Shown in pieces: positions 32,626-45,222 of a stretch of DNA of 64,000 nt (its first letter is position 1; every line of letters starts with the position of its first letter). The translations under genes and the position numbers were made by a program. The notes beneath the pieces were generated by a model. The model made no database searches and was not told the DNA's origin. It saw nothing but the letters and a program-made list of their open reading frames with translations. This stretch comes from Rebecca billardiae RCC1528 (Eukaryota > Protista > Haptophyta). The DNA is taken from contig OZ251224.1 of the NCBI GenBank assembly GCA_965240325.2, positions 434,001 through 498,000 of the forward strand. Direction: 5' to 3'.

Positions 32626-32949
32626 GGCTGGTGAGCAGCAGCGTGTGCGTGCGGTCCCAGTCGTGCACCGCCACGGACGAACGAATCCCGCTTGATGCAG
32701 GGTCCTGTACATGTGTGCCCCTTTGCGCCCAGGACGTTGGCCCCCGCGCCGGACAGGGTAGGTACCCGGACACATGCTGCGCCGGGCCGCCGGCCTTTCA
32801 ATTTCTCCCAGCAGGACCGGGTCCGGTTGGCCGGAAAAAAGAAATGGCGCAATAATAATGACGGCTCACTCAGGAGCAGCCTAGGTCTCTAGTCTGAGCG
32901 CTGATCCTGTGGCATGCGCCACGACGTTGAATAATAGAATGCCACACTC

Positions 32950-33012
32950 TGACGGTGAAGTCTGGTCGTTGAAGGCTGATGACGGTGAAGTCTGGTCGTT
33001 GAAGCCTGATGA
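32950..33012 (+). repeat. 30-bp tandem duplication
   Basis: tgacggtgaagtctggtcgttgaag(g/c)ctga present twice. Confidence 0.9.
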
Positions 33013-33235
33013 GGCTTCAGCATGAGACTGAGTCCAGCTCGGGTCGGCTGCGGACTGGCGGTCCTGACAGCGCCGCTCGGCAGCTGGCGGCTGGCCCGTC
33101 ACCATGATGAGGCGTGCAGCACGTGTACGCCATGGAGACCGTCGGTGCGGTCCGCTCGTCCGTGTCGACATCAGCGACGATCCAGCAGCTCCAGGTTTGA
33201 CAACGCCACATGACTGCCGGACGCCGAGTCACAGA

Positions 33236-34012
33236 TCAGGCGCTGGCAAGCGAGCCGCCCATGTAACGTCTCCGCGCCGCCTGCACGAGGCGCATCCATG
33301 CGAACGCGAACGGCACGAGGACTGCATGCCCACTGATTGCCGGGAAGACCAGTGCACGAACACTCGGCAACCCTCCTCGGGCGGAGTCCAGGTACAGCAT
33401 CCCGAGCGCTGCGCACGGCGGGTAGAGAGCGGGATGAGAGTAGAGCGCATGGTTTGCAGCCAGCATGGAACCCATCGCCACGCAGCACGTGACGCCGCGC
33501 TCCAGCCACACGGGCAGCGAGGCGAAGGCGACGAGTTGCGCGCTGATCAGAGCAAGTGCCGTACCCGTTGCGATGGTCCGAAGCTGTGGTAATTCAGGCG
33601 CGCCGAAGAGCAAGATGGCGGCCGAGGCGTATGGAGGTGCGAAAAACCGCTCGCCAGTGCACTGCTCGATGTAGCACAGCATCGCAATACCGATCCCCGC
33701 GCCCAGAGCGCGCAGCGCGAGTTCAAGTGCCACGGGAACAGTGATTCTCGACGTGTTCTGTGGCACAGGCGCCTTGGCCGGCGCATTGCCCCCGCGGGCA
33801 CTGTCTGGATTGCCGCGGCTGCCATTGCTGCCAAACGCGCACATCGCGATGCAGGCTGCACTCCGGCCTGGTCCAGGCGGGAGCGTCCTGCAGCCAGGCC
33901 CATGCGAGGCGCCGCATGCTCTGGGGATGAGCGCGGCAGCTGTCGCGCCCGTCCCGTGGAATGGCACACCGAGCGTCGTCAGCACGGAAAGCATCAGGAC
34001 GGACGACACCAT
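33236..34012 (-). CDS. HPP-family membrane protein (possible plastid nitrite transporter) with N-terminal targeting peptide
   Basis: FAPPYASAAILLFGAPELP and YPPCAA motifs; about 4-5 TM helices; hydrophobic leader. Confidence 0.75.
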   Translation of the reverse strand: MVSSVLMLSVLTTLGVPFHGTGATAAALIPRACGASHGPGCRTLPPGPGRSAACIAMCAFGSNGSRGNPDSARGGNAPAKAPVPQNTSRITVPVALELALRALGAGIGIAMLCYIEQCTGERFFAPPYASAAILLFGAPELPQLRTIATGTALALISAQLVAFASLPVWLERGVTCCVAMGSMLAANHALYSHPALYPPCAALGMLYLDSARGGLPSVRALVFPAISGHAVLVPFAFAWMRLVQAARRRYMGGSLASA

Positions 34013-34183
34013 GATGACTCCGCCGAGCGCGAATCCCGCCCGGCGACTCCGCGAGTGACGACGACGTCGCGTGAGAAAAATAGTGAATGGCGCGTCTGGA
34101 CGAAAATGGAGGACTGAAATCTCCCGACGAACTCCGCAGTGCTTCCGTTACACGTTCCAACCGGTGCCAGGGCGAGCACAGCG

Positions 34184-34465
34184 ATGCCGGCCAACCCGCA
34201 AGCGCAAGTTCAGGCGGCGCGACTCGAGGCCGTGCGCGCACTCGACGGGGTGAACGCAGCGGTTCTTTCGCACTCATCCGAGGAGGCTCTGGATGACCCG
34301 AACGTGCGCCTCCAAGCTGCGCTTGACTGGAGCCTCGAGCAGCTCGCACTCCAGCGGCCTGAGGACCCAGTGGAGGCCCTGGCCGGCCTGCTCCGAAAGT
34401 ACAACGTGGAGACGCGCAAGGCCGCCATGGGCATTTCGACGGCTAACACGCGCAGAATCGGATAA
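34184..34465 (+). CDS. Small Dpy-30-motif protein
   Basis: LEQLALQRPEDPVEALAGLL. Confidence 0.65.
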   Translation: MPANPQAQVQAARLEAVRALDGVNAAVLSHSSEEALDDPNVRLQAALDWSLEQLALQRPEDPVEALAGLLRKYNVETRKAAMGISTANTRRIG

Positions 34466-35562
34466 AATGTGGCCCATCTTGTCATCTGCCACTCGTGAGC
34501 GGTCACGCCACTCTTTTTCAGGCATCCACGTTCTGGCTTTCTCACGCACATGATCAACAGCGTGCACCGCCACCTACAGCGACGACGTATCGGGGAGCGG
34601 CCTGGCGATGATTAAAGGCGCAGCTTACATTTACAAAGGCGCCAAGCTGCCCATGGATGTTGGAGTCATACTTGGACGATTGAGACATTCGAGTCTGATG
34701 GACCGTGACGGTGAAGTACCGTAGCTTCGGACCGTGTGGTATTTAGATCAGTATTCAAGTGCCAGTGAGACAGACCGGTCGGGATGGCACACCGGGCGGA
34801 CGGGCCGGGTGGCTGACTTTCTGAAGGCTCTGAGTCTTAGCAGCCGCACTCTAAGTGCTTGCGACTCAGACTCAGAATTTGAGAATTTCAAGCTAGACTA
34901 TAAGTAGACAGACTGCTAATCAGACCGTGAGTGCACTTACGGTACTGACACTGACAGACTCAATGAGGACTTCCCGCGCCATAGCAAGGCCAGCCAGCCC
35001 GACTACTCTAACTACTGTAGCCCGAGAGGCCCGGGCACTTAGCCCGGGAGGGCTGCCGGCCCGCGCGTGACGTCTGCCGGCGATTGCTCAGCGAAGCCGC
35101 AGTCAAACTACTAAACGCTGAATGCACGGTCTTCGGCCAGCAGGCGCAGCCGTCAGGCGTCACGGGTCGGATGGGTGTTATCATCGCGGACTGCCAGTAA
35201 CAGCCAGTTACCGACTTTCACGGCGTGAGCGGTGAGGAACCCGGTGAGGCGGCGCACGGCACTTACAAGGCGCCGTGCCCGACCGTGCCCGCTTGTCGGT
35301 CGACCGGCACCGTGCCCGGCCGGTTGCGATTCTTTCTGAGCCACGGCCGCAGGCCGAGCCACGGCCGCAGGCCGATCTCCAGATCATGTCTGAATGCCCG
35401 ACTGCCGGGCACGCCGGACGCGGCGTCAGAATCGACAGAAACTTCGCCCCGTCTTCAGCTGAAGGCCGCCCAGGCGCGGGATTCGCGAACCAAAGTTGCT
35501 GGATGCCGTCGTTGCCAAATTCCTTCCAGGCGCTGAGTTCTTCCGCTGCCGCCCTGGCCGCC

Positions 35563-36393
35563 ATGGCTCACGTCCGCCTCGTCCTCGCGGCCGTCCTCGC
35601 GGTCGCGCCAGCCGTTTGCGATTTGGCTGGCGCGACCACGCTGTCCTGCTCCGAACGGTCCTCGTGCGAAAGTTGTACTGCCGATAATCGCGGAGATGAC
35701 CTGGACAGCGTGTGCTCATGGTGCTACTCCAGTCGCACTTGCTCCCTTGCATACTCAAAGTCCCGCCCAAATGCGGGCGACTGGGCTAGGGGCCCCGGAA
35801 AGTGTCCGGAGCAGCAGTGGACTCTGAGCCCGGGTGCGTGCAAATGCAGGCCTGACCTGTACAGGGACTGCGCTTCATGCACGGCGCATAGCGCGTGCGT
35901 GTGGGTGAAAAACGCCGCGACGACTGTGAGCGTTCGGGCGAACATTCTTGGCGCCGAAACCAGCACGACGAGTCACCAGGACTGGAGCAGCTCATGCTGG
36001 GAGGGTGATGGCTTTGGAGGGCCTTACTTTGATCAGCTGGTAAGTCGACGGTTGCAATGCAGCCTCAACGTCCGCGCACCAAAAACGTTTCTTCACCGTG
36101 CGCGCCCACCCCGCGCGTGCCCGCAGGACATCAAGTGCGAGTCCCTCCGGCTCCACACAAATACGTCGTCGGGCCATTGGTGCTGGGGGCAATGTCGCAT
36201 CAACACCGCGGGGTTTGCCTCGCTTGTACTCGCAGTGGCCATCATCGGGGTGGGGATGCTGGTGGTGTCTGTCATCTACGCCAGGCGAATGCTGTGCGCC
36301 GCACAGACCGAGTCCCGTCGGCGGCGGAGTGGCACCGGGGAGTCACGTGGCGGAACTGCTGGCGGCAAGACGTTGCTGGCACACACTGTGTGA
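35563..36393 (+). CDS. Single-pass membrane protein with PSI-type Cys-rich domains, in-frame intron 36040-36126
   Basis: Signal peptide; CSERSSCESC..CSWC, CASCTAHSACVW, WGQC then a TM helix; GTAAGT donor. Confidence 0.75.
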   Translation: MAHVRLVLAAVLAVAPAVCDLAGATTLSCSERSSCESCTADNRGDDLDSVCSWCYSSRTCSLAYSKSRPNAGDWARGPGKCPEQQWTLSPGACKCRPDLYRDCASCTAHSACVWVKNAATTVSVRANILGAETSTTSHQDWSSSCWEGDGFGGPYFDQLVSRRLQCSLNVRAPKTFLHRARPPRACPQDIKCESLRLHTNTSSGHWCWGQCRINTAGFASLVLAVAIIGVGMLVVSVIYARRMLCAAQTESRRRRSGTGESRGGTAGGKTLLAHTV

Positions 36394-37283
36394 CGTGACA
36401 CGTGGCATGAAGAATGCTCAGCAGTACACGCGTGTGGAACTTTGAAGCTTTTATTTCAGGGTGCCAGTTATTAGTAGTCGTGATAATCTTAATCAATATA
36501 TTATAATCAGCTCGCATAATAAGCCCGCTTGCCACTCTGTATAAATGGAAGTTCCCGGACTCCCGGGAGCGACCGGAGCAGACTATAGAGTCAGTGACTG
36601 ACTCTGCGCGGTCAAATTATACCGGAATCCAAATAATCTGTTATGTCGTAGTCGCCCGAAGCGGACACGGGCGACACGGCCAGGACTCAAGCGATAGTAC
36701 GACAATTTTGCCAGTGGCATTCGGCCCATTAAGCCATTTGGCGGGCGCAACACCGCAACACAGCCCAGGAGTCAGGACCACTACTGGTCACGGGTGGTCA
36801 GCAGACTGCAAGTGACTGCTGAGTGAGTGTCCAACTAATGACCGTCACGGACTGGACGGGACTGGTCGGACCGTAGCTATCAATCAATATCGGATGGAGG
36901 GCCAGGAGCCCGACTCGTTCGACTACCCGTTGGTTAATGCGCACACACGATTCTGAGTGGCAGCTCAATATTCATCATCATCGGAGTGCAGTCATGCGGC
37001 TACAAGTACAAACCCGCATCATCCGCTGCGGACGTTCTGATAATGAATATTGCGATACGACCCTTCATCATAATATATATATATATATATATGACCGCGT
37101 TCCGCGGTCTTTTTCCGTAGAACGAACGTAGTTCGGGGCCCGCGGCGCACCCTCCGTCGGCTGCTGTGTCAGTCTGACATGTGTAACAGTTCGCCTGAGC
37201 TGCCACCGCCAACTCAGTCACTGCCGCCCACCGGGCCGGCGGGCCGAGGACTGTCGCCGCGGGTCCGCGGGCCGCCGCGGGGA

Positions 37284-38685
37284 CTAGCGGCCGGCGCGCG
37301 CGCGCAGGCAGGACGAGAGGCGCTGGCGCGGCGCGAGCCGGCGCGTGCGCGCGAGCGGGCGCACCTGCTTGAGGTACTCGCCCTGCGCCATGCGCTCGAC
37401 GACGGGCCGCTGGTCGCTCGTGCCGGCAGAGCGAGAGCGCGCGCCACTGCTGGCCCCGGCCTGCCGGCTGCGCAGCCTCGCACCGAGACCGACCGAGCGG
37501 AGCTCGGGGCGGTGGAACGAGGCGAGCGGCGCGTCGCGCCTGCCGCCGCGCGTGCGCGCCTGCTCCACCGCGCCGCCGTGCTCGCCCGCCGCCTCCTCCG
37601 CCGCGTCGGCCTCGAAGACGGCGGCTGCCAGCGGCAGGCTGAGCCGCGCGCCGGCTCACTCACACTGTGAGTCACACCCGCGGTCGCCTCGACGGCCAAC
37701 TATCCACAGCTGCTCGAGCTGCTGGAGGGCGCCGCGACGATGGCGGCGCGGGCGCCCAGCGCGTCCGTTGCCGCGTCGCTCAGCTCGTCGAGCTCGGCGC
37801 CGCACTTCGCCAGCTTGGCGCCTAGCGCCTCCGCGTGTCACGTGCTCGTGCACGTCAGCCTACTGATACGCCGCCGCCCATCGGCACTTCTGGCATCTGC
37901 GCGCGCAGCTGCTGCAGCTCGACGGCGGAGTCGTCGCGGCTGGCGGCGAGGGTGCGCACCGCGTCGATTGCCGAGGCCTGCAGCCCGGTGATCGCCGCGT
38001 CGACGCGCGCGGCGATTTCCCCACGCAGCTCCTCGCGCCACGTGGCCGCCGCTCGCGTGGCAGGCACTGGCAGCTGGGCACCGCTGCGCGACCCGGAACC
38101 GGCGCGCGTTTCACTGATGCTCCTGCTCGTCCTCACGCTGCTGCACCTCCGCGCCGCCGTCGACCGAGTTGAGGAGGAGCTCGCGCTCGGCGTCGAGGCG
38201 CGAGCTCGCGTGCTCGAGCTCGCCCTTCAGCCGCGCGAGCTCCGGGCGCATCCGGCTCATCAGCTCTGCCGCGCCCGCTCGCTCGCAGCGGCGCGCTCTG
38301 CTCCGGGCGGCGAGCGACGAGCTCGCGTGCTCCGGACTCGGCTCGCCCTTGCGCGCTGCTCCTCGAGTGACGAACGCTTGCGGGGCACGAACGAAAGTCG
38401 GTGATCAACCGCGCAGCGCCACCGCTGCCGAGTGCGCCCTCCGCCGCCAGCACCTTCACCTTGCGGACCTGGCCAAGGAGCTGCTTGATCGCTTTTGTTG
38501 ACACGCCGTACTCGCTCGCGGCGCCGGGGATGGTCTGCTTGTGCCTGGCGACGGAGATGGCGGCAGCGGTGCTCTGGAACGTGGTGTTGTTCACCCGCGT
38601 CACCGTCCTCGAGTCGAGCAGCGCGTTCAATACGCGGCGAACGTAGTCCTGGTCGGCGTCGCCGGTCGAGGTGCTGCTTGCCATC
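37284..38685 (-). pseudogene. Decayed ORF: HTH-like N-terminus followed by broken coiled-coil segments
   Basis: AASEYGVSTKAIKQLL is HTH-like; downstream coding-like segments are interrupted by stops and frameshifts. Confidence 0.4.
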
Positions 38686-38716
38686 GCCCCCCACCCACGT
38701 GCGATCGGGCCCACCT

Positions 38717-39092
38717 CTGTTGTTTTGCGTCGGTGACGGGGCCGCGACGACTTGACGCGAGCATCTTCAATAATCTATGATCATCTCAGGGTTACTACGT
38801 GAAGCGGTAGAATAGAATTTCATTTACGAGCATTGATACGACGCGGTGCAACGTGAAGCGGTTTTTTTAAAGATACGACGCGGTCTAATGACCCATTGTT
38901 CATACTGTTGTTTTGCGTCGGTGACGGGGCCGCGACGACTTGACGCGAGCATCTTCAATAATCTATGATCATCTCAGGGTTACTACGTGAAGCGGTAGAA
39001 TATAATTTCATTTACGAGCATTGATACGACGCGGTGCAACGTGAAGCGGTTTTTTTTTAGATACGACGCGGTCTAATGACCCATTGTTCATA
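38717..39092 (+). repeat. 188-bp tandem duplication (2 copies)
   Basis: 38717-38904 and 38905-39092 are nearly identical. Confidence 0.97.
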
Positions 39093-39254
39093 CATGTACA
39101 TGAATGGGTCGTCATGAACGGCGGGCGGCTCATTTATGACCAGACCGGGCCCTGGGTGATTGATGATCAGAACCCGCAAAAGCTAGCGGCAGTCTGACAG
39201 CACACAAGTAATGAATTAATAACAAGCGCAGTCCAGCACACAAGTAATGAACGA

Positions 39255-39606
39255 ATGGCCCGCGGTGCCGGCTGGCTATCTAGATACGTCGTCATCGCTC
39301 CTTGATGACCTTGCGGCAATCTCATTGGCTGGAAAAAATCGCTTGTAACGGTTCGTTACGTTATGGATCCTAAAGGGCGTGAAGTTTTTTGGACGGGCGT
39401 CACTCCAATATGAACTTGCCGTGGGCGCGACCTTTTTCGGCCGTGATGCATGTTAGAGAGGGTCTCAAAATTCGAAACTCGGTCTCCTCCAGCCCTGAAA
39501 ATCGTCCCCCGTCCCTTTTTTCTTGATCAAAGATCTTTTTGAAACGTTGTTCGGGCCCGCTGGTGCGGGCTCCACGCTGCGCGCTCCGCCCTGCACCGCG
39601 GGCCAT
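39255..39606. mobile_element. MITE-like element with 14-bp terminal inverted repeats
   Basis: atggcccgcggtgc (39255-39268) and gcaccgcgggccat (39593-39606); AT-richer, non-coding interior. Confidence 0.55.
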
Positions 39607-40135
39607 AACATCTGTCTAGCTGACTGTCACTGCCGACGCGCGTAGACCGTAGTACAGGCTGGCGGCGTCACGGGCACTCGGCACTGACGGCCCCGATTCC
39701 GGCCCGGATGACGGCGAGTACGCTGTACGGTAGCGCGGTGTCGGACGTGCGTGCTACTCATCACCACGGTTTCAATCCGGCTCGGATTCTCCTTCGGCTC
39801 TCTCCGCCGCCCGGGTGGCGGGTGGGCGGGATCCTGGTCGCACAAGTTTGTTCAGCACTTCAACCAAAGAAAAAGGTAGATACTGACTCGACATCGCGCA
39901 TATCAAATCACGTCGCGTGAAATCAGCCGCCTGCTCAGAAAAAATGGCTCGCATCAGCATGGCGCGGCGAATAGCTGAAGCAAAGCCGAATACCCGCCAC
40001 TCATTGTGTCATTGACGGGTCACAGACTCACAAGAGTCTGAAAGTAGCGCTTGGCCGCTGGGTTGGCGCCTCAGCGTCCTCTTGCCTCCCAGCGGAAGCC
40101 CCCGGGCGTCCACCGCTCCGCCCGCGAGGAGCCGG

Positions 40136-41822
40136 ATGCAGACAGCCGCGTCTCAAGGGCTGCTGTACGTTGGTTTCAACCAGGACCATGGGTGCTTCGC
40201 CTGCGGCACGGACTCGGGCTTCCGAATCTACAACTGCGACCCGTTCAAGCAGACATTCCGGCGCGGTGCGTTGGATCTGCACGCACGCTGATCCACGGGC
40301 ACTTGTGTTGCCTGCGCGAGCGGGGACTGACCAGACGCGCCGGCCACGCCGCACCCGCGCGCCCGCTCTCTGATGCGAGCGCAGATTTCCTTAACGGTGG
40401 CATTGGCATCGTCGAGATGCTCTTCCGATGCAACATCCTCGCGCTCGTTGGCGGCGGCTCGAATCCGCGCTACCCGCCCAACAAGGTGATGATATGGGAT
40501 GACCATCAGAACCGCTGCATCGGCGAGCTATCCTTCCGGAGCGAGGTCAAGGCCGTCAAGTTGCGGCGTGATCGGTGAGCGCGCGAAAACATGCGCGCGC
40601 GGTCTCGCCCTCGCCCGCAGAGCGAGCGTGTCCCTCACACTGCGACCGCCTGCCTTGCGCTGCCACGCCGTGCGTCGCGCCGCTGGGCGCAGCGTGGTGG
40701 TGGTGCTCGAGTACAAGGTGTACGTCTACAACTTCGCGGACCTGCGCCTGATGCACCACTTCGAGACCATCTCCAACCCGAAGGGTGCGCGCGCGCGGCC
40801 GGTGGCAGTGCGCAAATGCCCATCCGGGGCGACGGCTACTCGGGCCGACCGCGCACGCGCGCGCGTGCGCGCACGCTCTGGGTGGCCGCGGGCCCTCTCT
40901 CGTCGGCGTGCGTGGCCATCGTGCGCACTGGTGGCATGCCAACCCCGGCGCGCCCGCCCCCGCGCGCCGCCCCCGCAGGCCTGTGCGCGCTCAGCCCGTC
41001 GTCGAACACGTGCGTGCTCGCGTGCCCTGGGCTGCAGAAGGGCCACCTGCGCGTCGAGCTCTTCGACATCCGCCGCCCCACGTTGATATCGGCGCACGAG
41101 TCGTCGCTGTCGTGCCTCGCGCTCAACCTCGACGGCACGCGGCTCGCCACGGCCTCCGAGCGCGGCACGCTCATCCGCGTGTGGGACTCGCACACCGGGC
41201 AGGCGCTGCACGAGCTGCGGCGCGGCGCGGAGCACGCCGCAATCCAGAGCCTTGCCTTCAGCATGGACGCGGCGTGGCTGGCGGTCTCGTCCGACCACGG
41301 GACGGTGCATGTCTTCTCGCTCGGCACGGGCGTGGGCGGGGGCGCAGGGTGCGCGCTCGCCCACGCCTCCCCGATGCGGCGCGCCGTCGCGCCACGCGCT
41401 CATGCCTGAGCTCGGCAGCTGCGCCCCACCCTCCGCGCTCGGCCGCGCCGCGCGCCGCGCGCAGGCCCAAGGCCGCGGCCGAGGAGGACGGCAACGGTGC
41501 GCTCGAGTCCGCAGCGGAGAACGCCAAGTCGTCGTGGTCCTTCCTCTCCAACGTGCTGCCGCAGTCGCTCACGCCGAAGTACATCACGTCGCAGTGGAGC
41601 GTCGCGCAGTTCCACACGCCGGGCACCGCGGCTGCGGGCGCGCACACGATGCACCGCACAGTCTGCGCGTTCGGACCCGAGCGGCACACGCTGATTGTGA
41701 TCAGCACCGACGGCTCGTTCTACAAGTGCTCCTTCGACCCGGCCAAAGGCGGCGAGTGCCGGCGCGAGTCGTTCGCGCGCTACCTGCAGGTGGACGACGA
41801 CGACTACAGGGCCGCGGACTGA
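40136..41822 (+). CDS. ATG18: ATG18/WIPI (PROPPIN, WDR45B-like), introns at about 40266-40384, 40575-40692, 40785-40978, 41349-41464
   Basis: [66 protein letters not shown]. Confidence 0.95.
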
Positions 41823-42635
41823 GCCAGCAGCCACCTCGGCGGCGCCAAGCTGCCGCTGCGCGCGGAGGTGCGAGGAGGCGCCGGCTGGACTGCGCGGCGC
41901 CGCTGGCGGCGTGGACACCCGCGTGCCCCAGTGCGAGTCGCCTTCCGCGCAACGCCGGGTCCAGTCCACCCAGCGCATTCCGCGCAGTCGGCAGCTGCAG
42001 GCCGGCTGCTGCAAGAGCACGATTCCTGTCGAACGCCGGCGGGCACTCGCCTCCAGACCCAGTGACCAGTTGCACCGCCGAGCCCGAGCAGCATCATTCC
42101 TGTGGCGCGTCGACCTCGGTCGCAGGTCCGCAGGTGGATCATACACATCGCGCCGCCGCTGCATTGCCACGACATCATACATAGTGGCGGCGGCAGGCGC
42201 CCGGAGACGGCTCGGACCGGAAGTGATCCCCGTATTAGACTGCGCGGCCGGTTTCTGGCTCTGAGTGACTCTGACAGATCATCACAGAGTCTCTGACCCG
42301 TGACCATCTCCCACTCCCACTCCCAGACCCAAATAGATCTGCCAGTCTGTCCCGCACCGTAGTACTTACTGAGCAGCAGGCTGTGACGCTCATGCAGTCA
42401 TGCGCCGTCGTCGGCGGGTTCGCGGCGGACGGCCGCTGTAGCAGCAAGGCAGACGACAGCAGCGCTCAGTAGTACAGAGTACCCAGCAGCGCAGTGCCGC
42501 GAGACGCATTGTACGTGAGTGGCGCGTGGAGCGGTGAACGCCGTTCACACTAGCTGTCTACTGTCTAGCGCGATCCGGTCACGTGACATGTCACCGCCGC
42601 TCGTCCGAGCACCGCCGATGGACATGGTGATGTGG

Positions 42636-43796
42636 TCATCGAGGTCGCTTCTCTCCGGGGCGCGGCCACGTGGTCGGAGGCTGTGCCTGCGATCTAAAGC
42701 CGGGCGGTGGCGCGCCGCCTGTGGGTAGCCCAGCGCGCTGTGCGGCCACCTCGGCGCCGTACAGCTTGATGTACTGCTTGAGCCCACGCTCCACCCACGT
42801 CTCGCCCTGAGAGATGGAGCGGTCCAGCGCCTTGGCAGAGCGCGCCGCGCCTTTGCCTGGCTCCGAGGGCGAGATGCGCGTGAACCAGGCTTCCCCGCGC
42901 ATCGCGTCGAGGTTCGAGCTCGCAAGCGTGCGCTGCGCGTTCGGCAGCGGCGCGATGAAGCGGTACTTGTTGCGTACCTCCGCGACCGCGCGCGGCGTGA
43001 CACCGGCCGTCATGCTGAGCACGAGCAGCTTGAGCCCCTTGAACACCACGCCGCCCTGCACGGCACACAGCTTGCCAAGGCCCGTGTCCGTGATGTGTGT
43101 GCCAGCCAGGCTGAGCCACTCGAGCTCGGGGAACCCCTGCGTCGCGCGCGCCGCGCCTCCAGCCGGCTGCGCGCCAGCAGCAGGCTGTGCGGCCGCAGCC
43201 TGCGCCGGGTAGCGGCCGTAGTAGGTGATGTACTCGAGGGCCACGTCCGTGATCTGGGTCGAGCCCAGGCCCAGGTGGCGGAGGCCGGTGAGGGAGAGCA
43301 GCGGCGCGACGCCCGCGTCAGTCAGTCGCGTGCCGCTCAGATTGAGCGAGCGCAGCCCGGGCCCGAGCCGCGCGATGTACTGCGCGGCGCTCGCGTCGCC
43401 CAGCGCGCTGCAGAACGAGACGTCGAGCGATGTGAGGTGCCGCTGACGACTGGCGAACGCAAGGCTCGAATCGGTCACGCGCTCCGCGCCCTTGAGCGTG
43501 AATGAGCGCAGCGAGGTGATGTACGCCAGCGCGCTGAGCGCCTCGTCGTTGACCCAAATCCGGCAGTCGGTCAGGTCCAAGTCGTGGAGCTGCCAGCAGC
43601 TCGCAACAAACGGGTAGAGCGCGGCCGCGGTGAGCGGGCACTCGTTGGCGACGAGGTGGGCGTGCAGCCGCTCGTGGATCGCTGCGGCGACGGATGCCGG
43701 CGCGCGTGAGAGGTCGACGGCTGCGTGCCATGACTTCACCAGTGATGTGAGGCAGAGGCTTTGCAAAGAGGGCACCGAGCTCGCTGCCGCCGCCAT
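42636..43796 (-). CDS. Leucine-rich repeat protein (AMN1/FBXL-type LRRs)
   Basis: VPSLQSLCL N-terminus; repeats such as LRSLNLSGTRLTDAG and LEWLSLAGTHITDTG. Confidence 0.85.
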   Translation of the reverse strand: MAAAASSVPSLQSLCLTSLVKSWHAAVDLSRAPASVAAAIHERLHAHLVANECPLTAAALYPFVASCWQLHDLDLTDCRIWVNDEALSALAYITSLRSFTLKGAERVTDSSLAFASRQRHLTSLDVSFCSALGDASAAQYIARLGPGLRSLNLSGTRLTDAGVAPLLSLTGLRHLGLGSTQITDVALEYITYYGRYPAQAAAAQPAAGAQPAGGAARATQGFPELEWLSLAGTHITDTGLGKLCAVQGGVVFKGLKLLVLSMTAGVTPRAVAEVRNKYRFIAPLPNAQRTLASSNLDAMRGEAWFTRISPSEPGKGAARSAKALDRSISQGETWVERGLKQYIKLYGAEVAAQRAGLPTGGAPPPGFRSQAQPPTTWPRPGEKRPR

Positions 43797-44212
43797 CGTG
43801 CCGCGTGTTGCGTGCCCGCGGCCGTTGCTCGGCATTGTCAACGATCTACATCGGCAGATCAACTCTCAGATCAAGGACTGGACGCTCAAGCCCAAGGGCG
43901 GACGCTGCTGGTTCGGCATCTGCGTGCGCCTACTTGAGCTTTGAGCGACCTCAATAAGTTATGAGCTGAGCTGTCCGGTAGGCGCCGGGGCCCCGGGTGA
44001 TCGAGAGTCGAGACTACAGACATCGTCGGACTGTGGTTGACAATCATCGGTGATGGATCGGCGCGCTGCAGACAGAGTGGCAGTGCGCGCCGCGGTGCAG
44101 TGGTCCTGTGAGTGGTGGCGCCAGACGGCCCGGGTCCTCCGTACTGCGGTTCGCGCATCACATGTTGAATGATGTGTGCTGTGACGTCACGACAATGTGC
44201 GTACACGCAGCG

Positions 44213-44247
44213 TACAGTTTACTATGTTATAACGTGCACACTTGGTT
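44213..44247 (+). mobile_element. Putative Tc1/mariner-like terminus, type B
   Basis: Matches the reverse complement of 4529-4563. Confidence 0.55.
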
Positions 44248-44397
44248 ACAGTAGCCTTGGCCAGCCTCCCGACGCTGCTGACGGCCTGATTCAGCGCATG
44301 ATAGGCGGACGCTGACCAGCCCGTTCTGCAGCAGGACTCCCACGCAAGTGAATACACTCGCGCGAGTGGGTGCGAGATGTAGCGCGCGCCCTCCGCT

Positions 44398-45222
44398 TCA
44401 TTCCTTTGGCTGCAGCAGGCCGGGCACGTACTCCATCCCCTTCTGCATCAGCCCCAGGCCCTCCTGCAGCCGCTCGAGCTCAGGCTCGTCGCCCTGCACC
44501 GTCAGGTCGATCGTCTTCTCGTCGTCCGAGATCACGAGCTTAACGGAGACCTCGTCATTCCGCTCGGCATTGTCGAGGTAGTACTTGCCCGCGAGCGGGC
44601 TGAGAAGCGTGCTCGCGTACCAGAAGTTCCCCAGCTGGAAGCCGCCGTCGCCGAACGCCTGCTTCTCCAGGATGCTCAGCACGAGCGAGAGCGACGCGAG
44701 CGAGCCGAAGACGAGGAAGGTGAGGAAGGAGGCCTGGCCCCTGGTGCCCGCGACGAGGCCCTCAAACACGATCGTCTCACCAGCGGACTTGATCTTGTAG
44801 TTGTTCGCCTGGAAGTGTGCGACCACCTCACCCGCCACCTGCTTGATCGGCTTGCCATCGCTCGTCGCTGGCCCAGGCAGCTCGTACACCTTGCGCTTGA
44901 TCTTGGCCTTTGTTGAGCGCGTCACCTGCGAGATGATGCCCGGAAACGAAAGGATGAAAAGGCCGAGCGTGCCGTAGTAGCTCAGCGCCGAATACGTGGA
45001 TCCAGACACCTCCTCTGCGAGCGCCATGTCTGGCAGCGGCATGAGCGCGCGCGGCTGCGCCCGCTGTGCCCGTGGCGACACCGTGCGCCGACCCACGACG
45101 CCAGAGCCAAGTCGACTAGTAGTCACAACCGATCGATGCGGTCGCACCGGCGGGCGTAGCCCGGCGCACGACGGCGCAGCGAGGGCGAGGGCGACGGCGG
45201 CGAGCAACGTGGCGACCTGCAT
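44398..45222 (-). CDS. CCB1: Cofactor assembly of complex C subunit B, CCB1 (plastid-targeted)
   Basis: Bipartite leader; YYGTLGLFILSFPGIISQVTRSTKAKIKRK, VFEGLV, LSPLAGKYY, KGMEYVPGLL. Confidence 0.92.
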   Translation of the reverse strand: MQVATLLAAVALALAAPSCAGLRPPVRPHRSVVTTSRLGSGVVGRRTVSPRAQRAQPRALMPLPDMALAEEVSGSTYSALSYYGTLGLFILSFPGIISQVTRSTKAKIKRKVYELPGPATSDGKPIKQVAGEVVAHFQANNYKIKSAGETIVFEGLVAGTRGQASFLTFLVFGSLASLSLVLSILEKQAFGDGGFQLGNFWYASTLLSPLAGKYYLDNAERNDEVSVKLVISDDEKTIDLTVQGDEPELERLQEGLGLMQKGMEYVPGLLQPKE

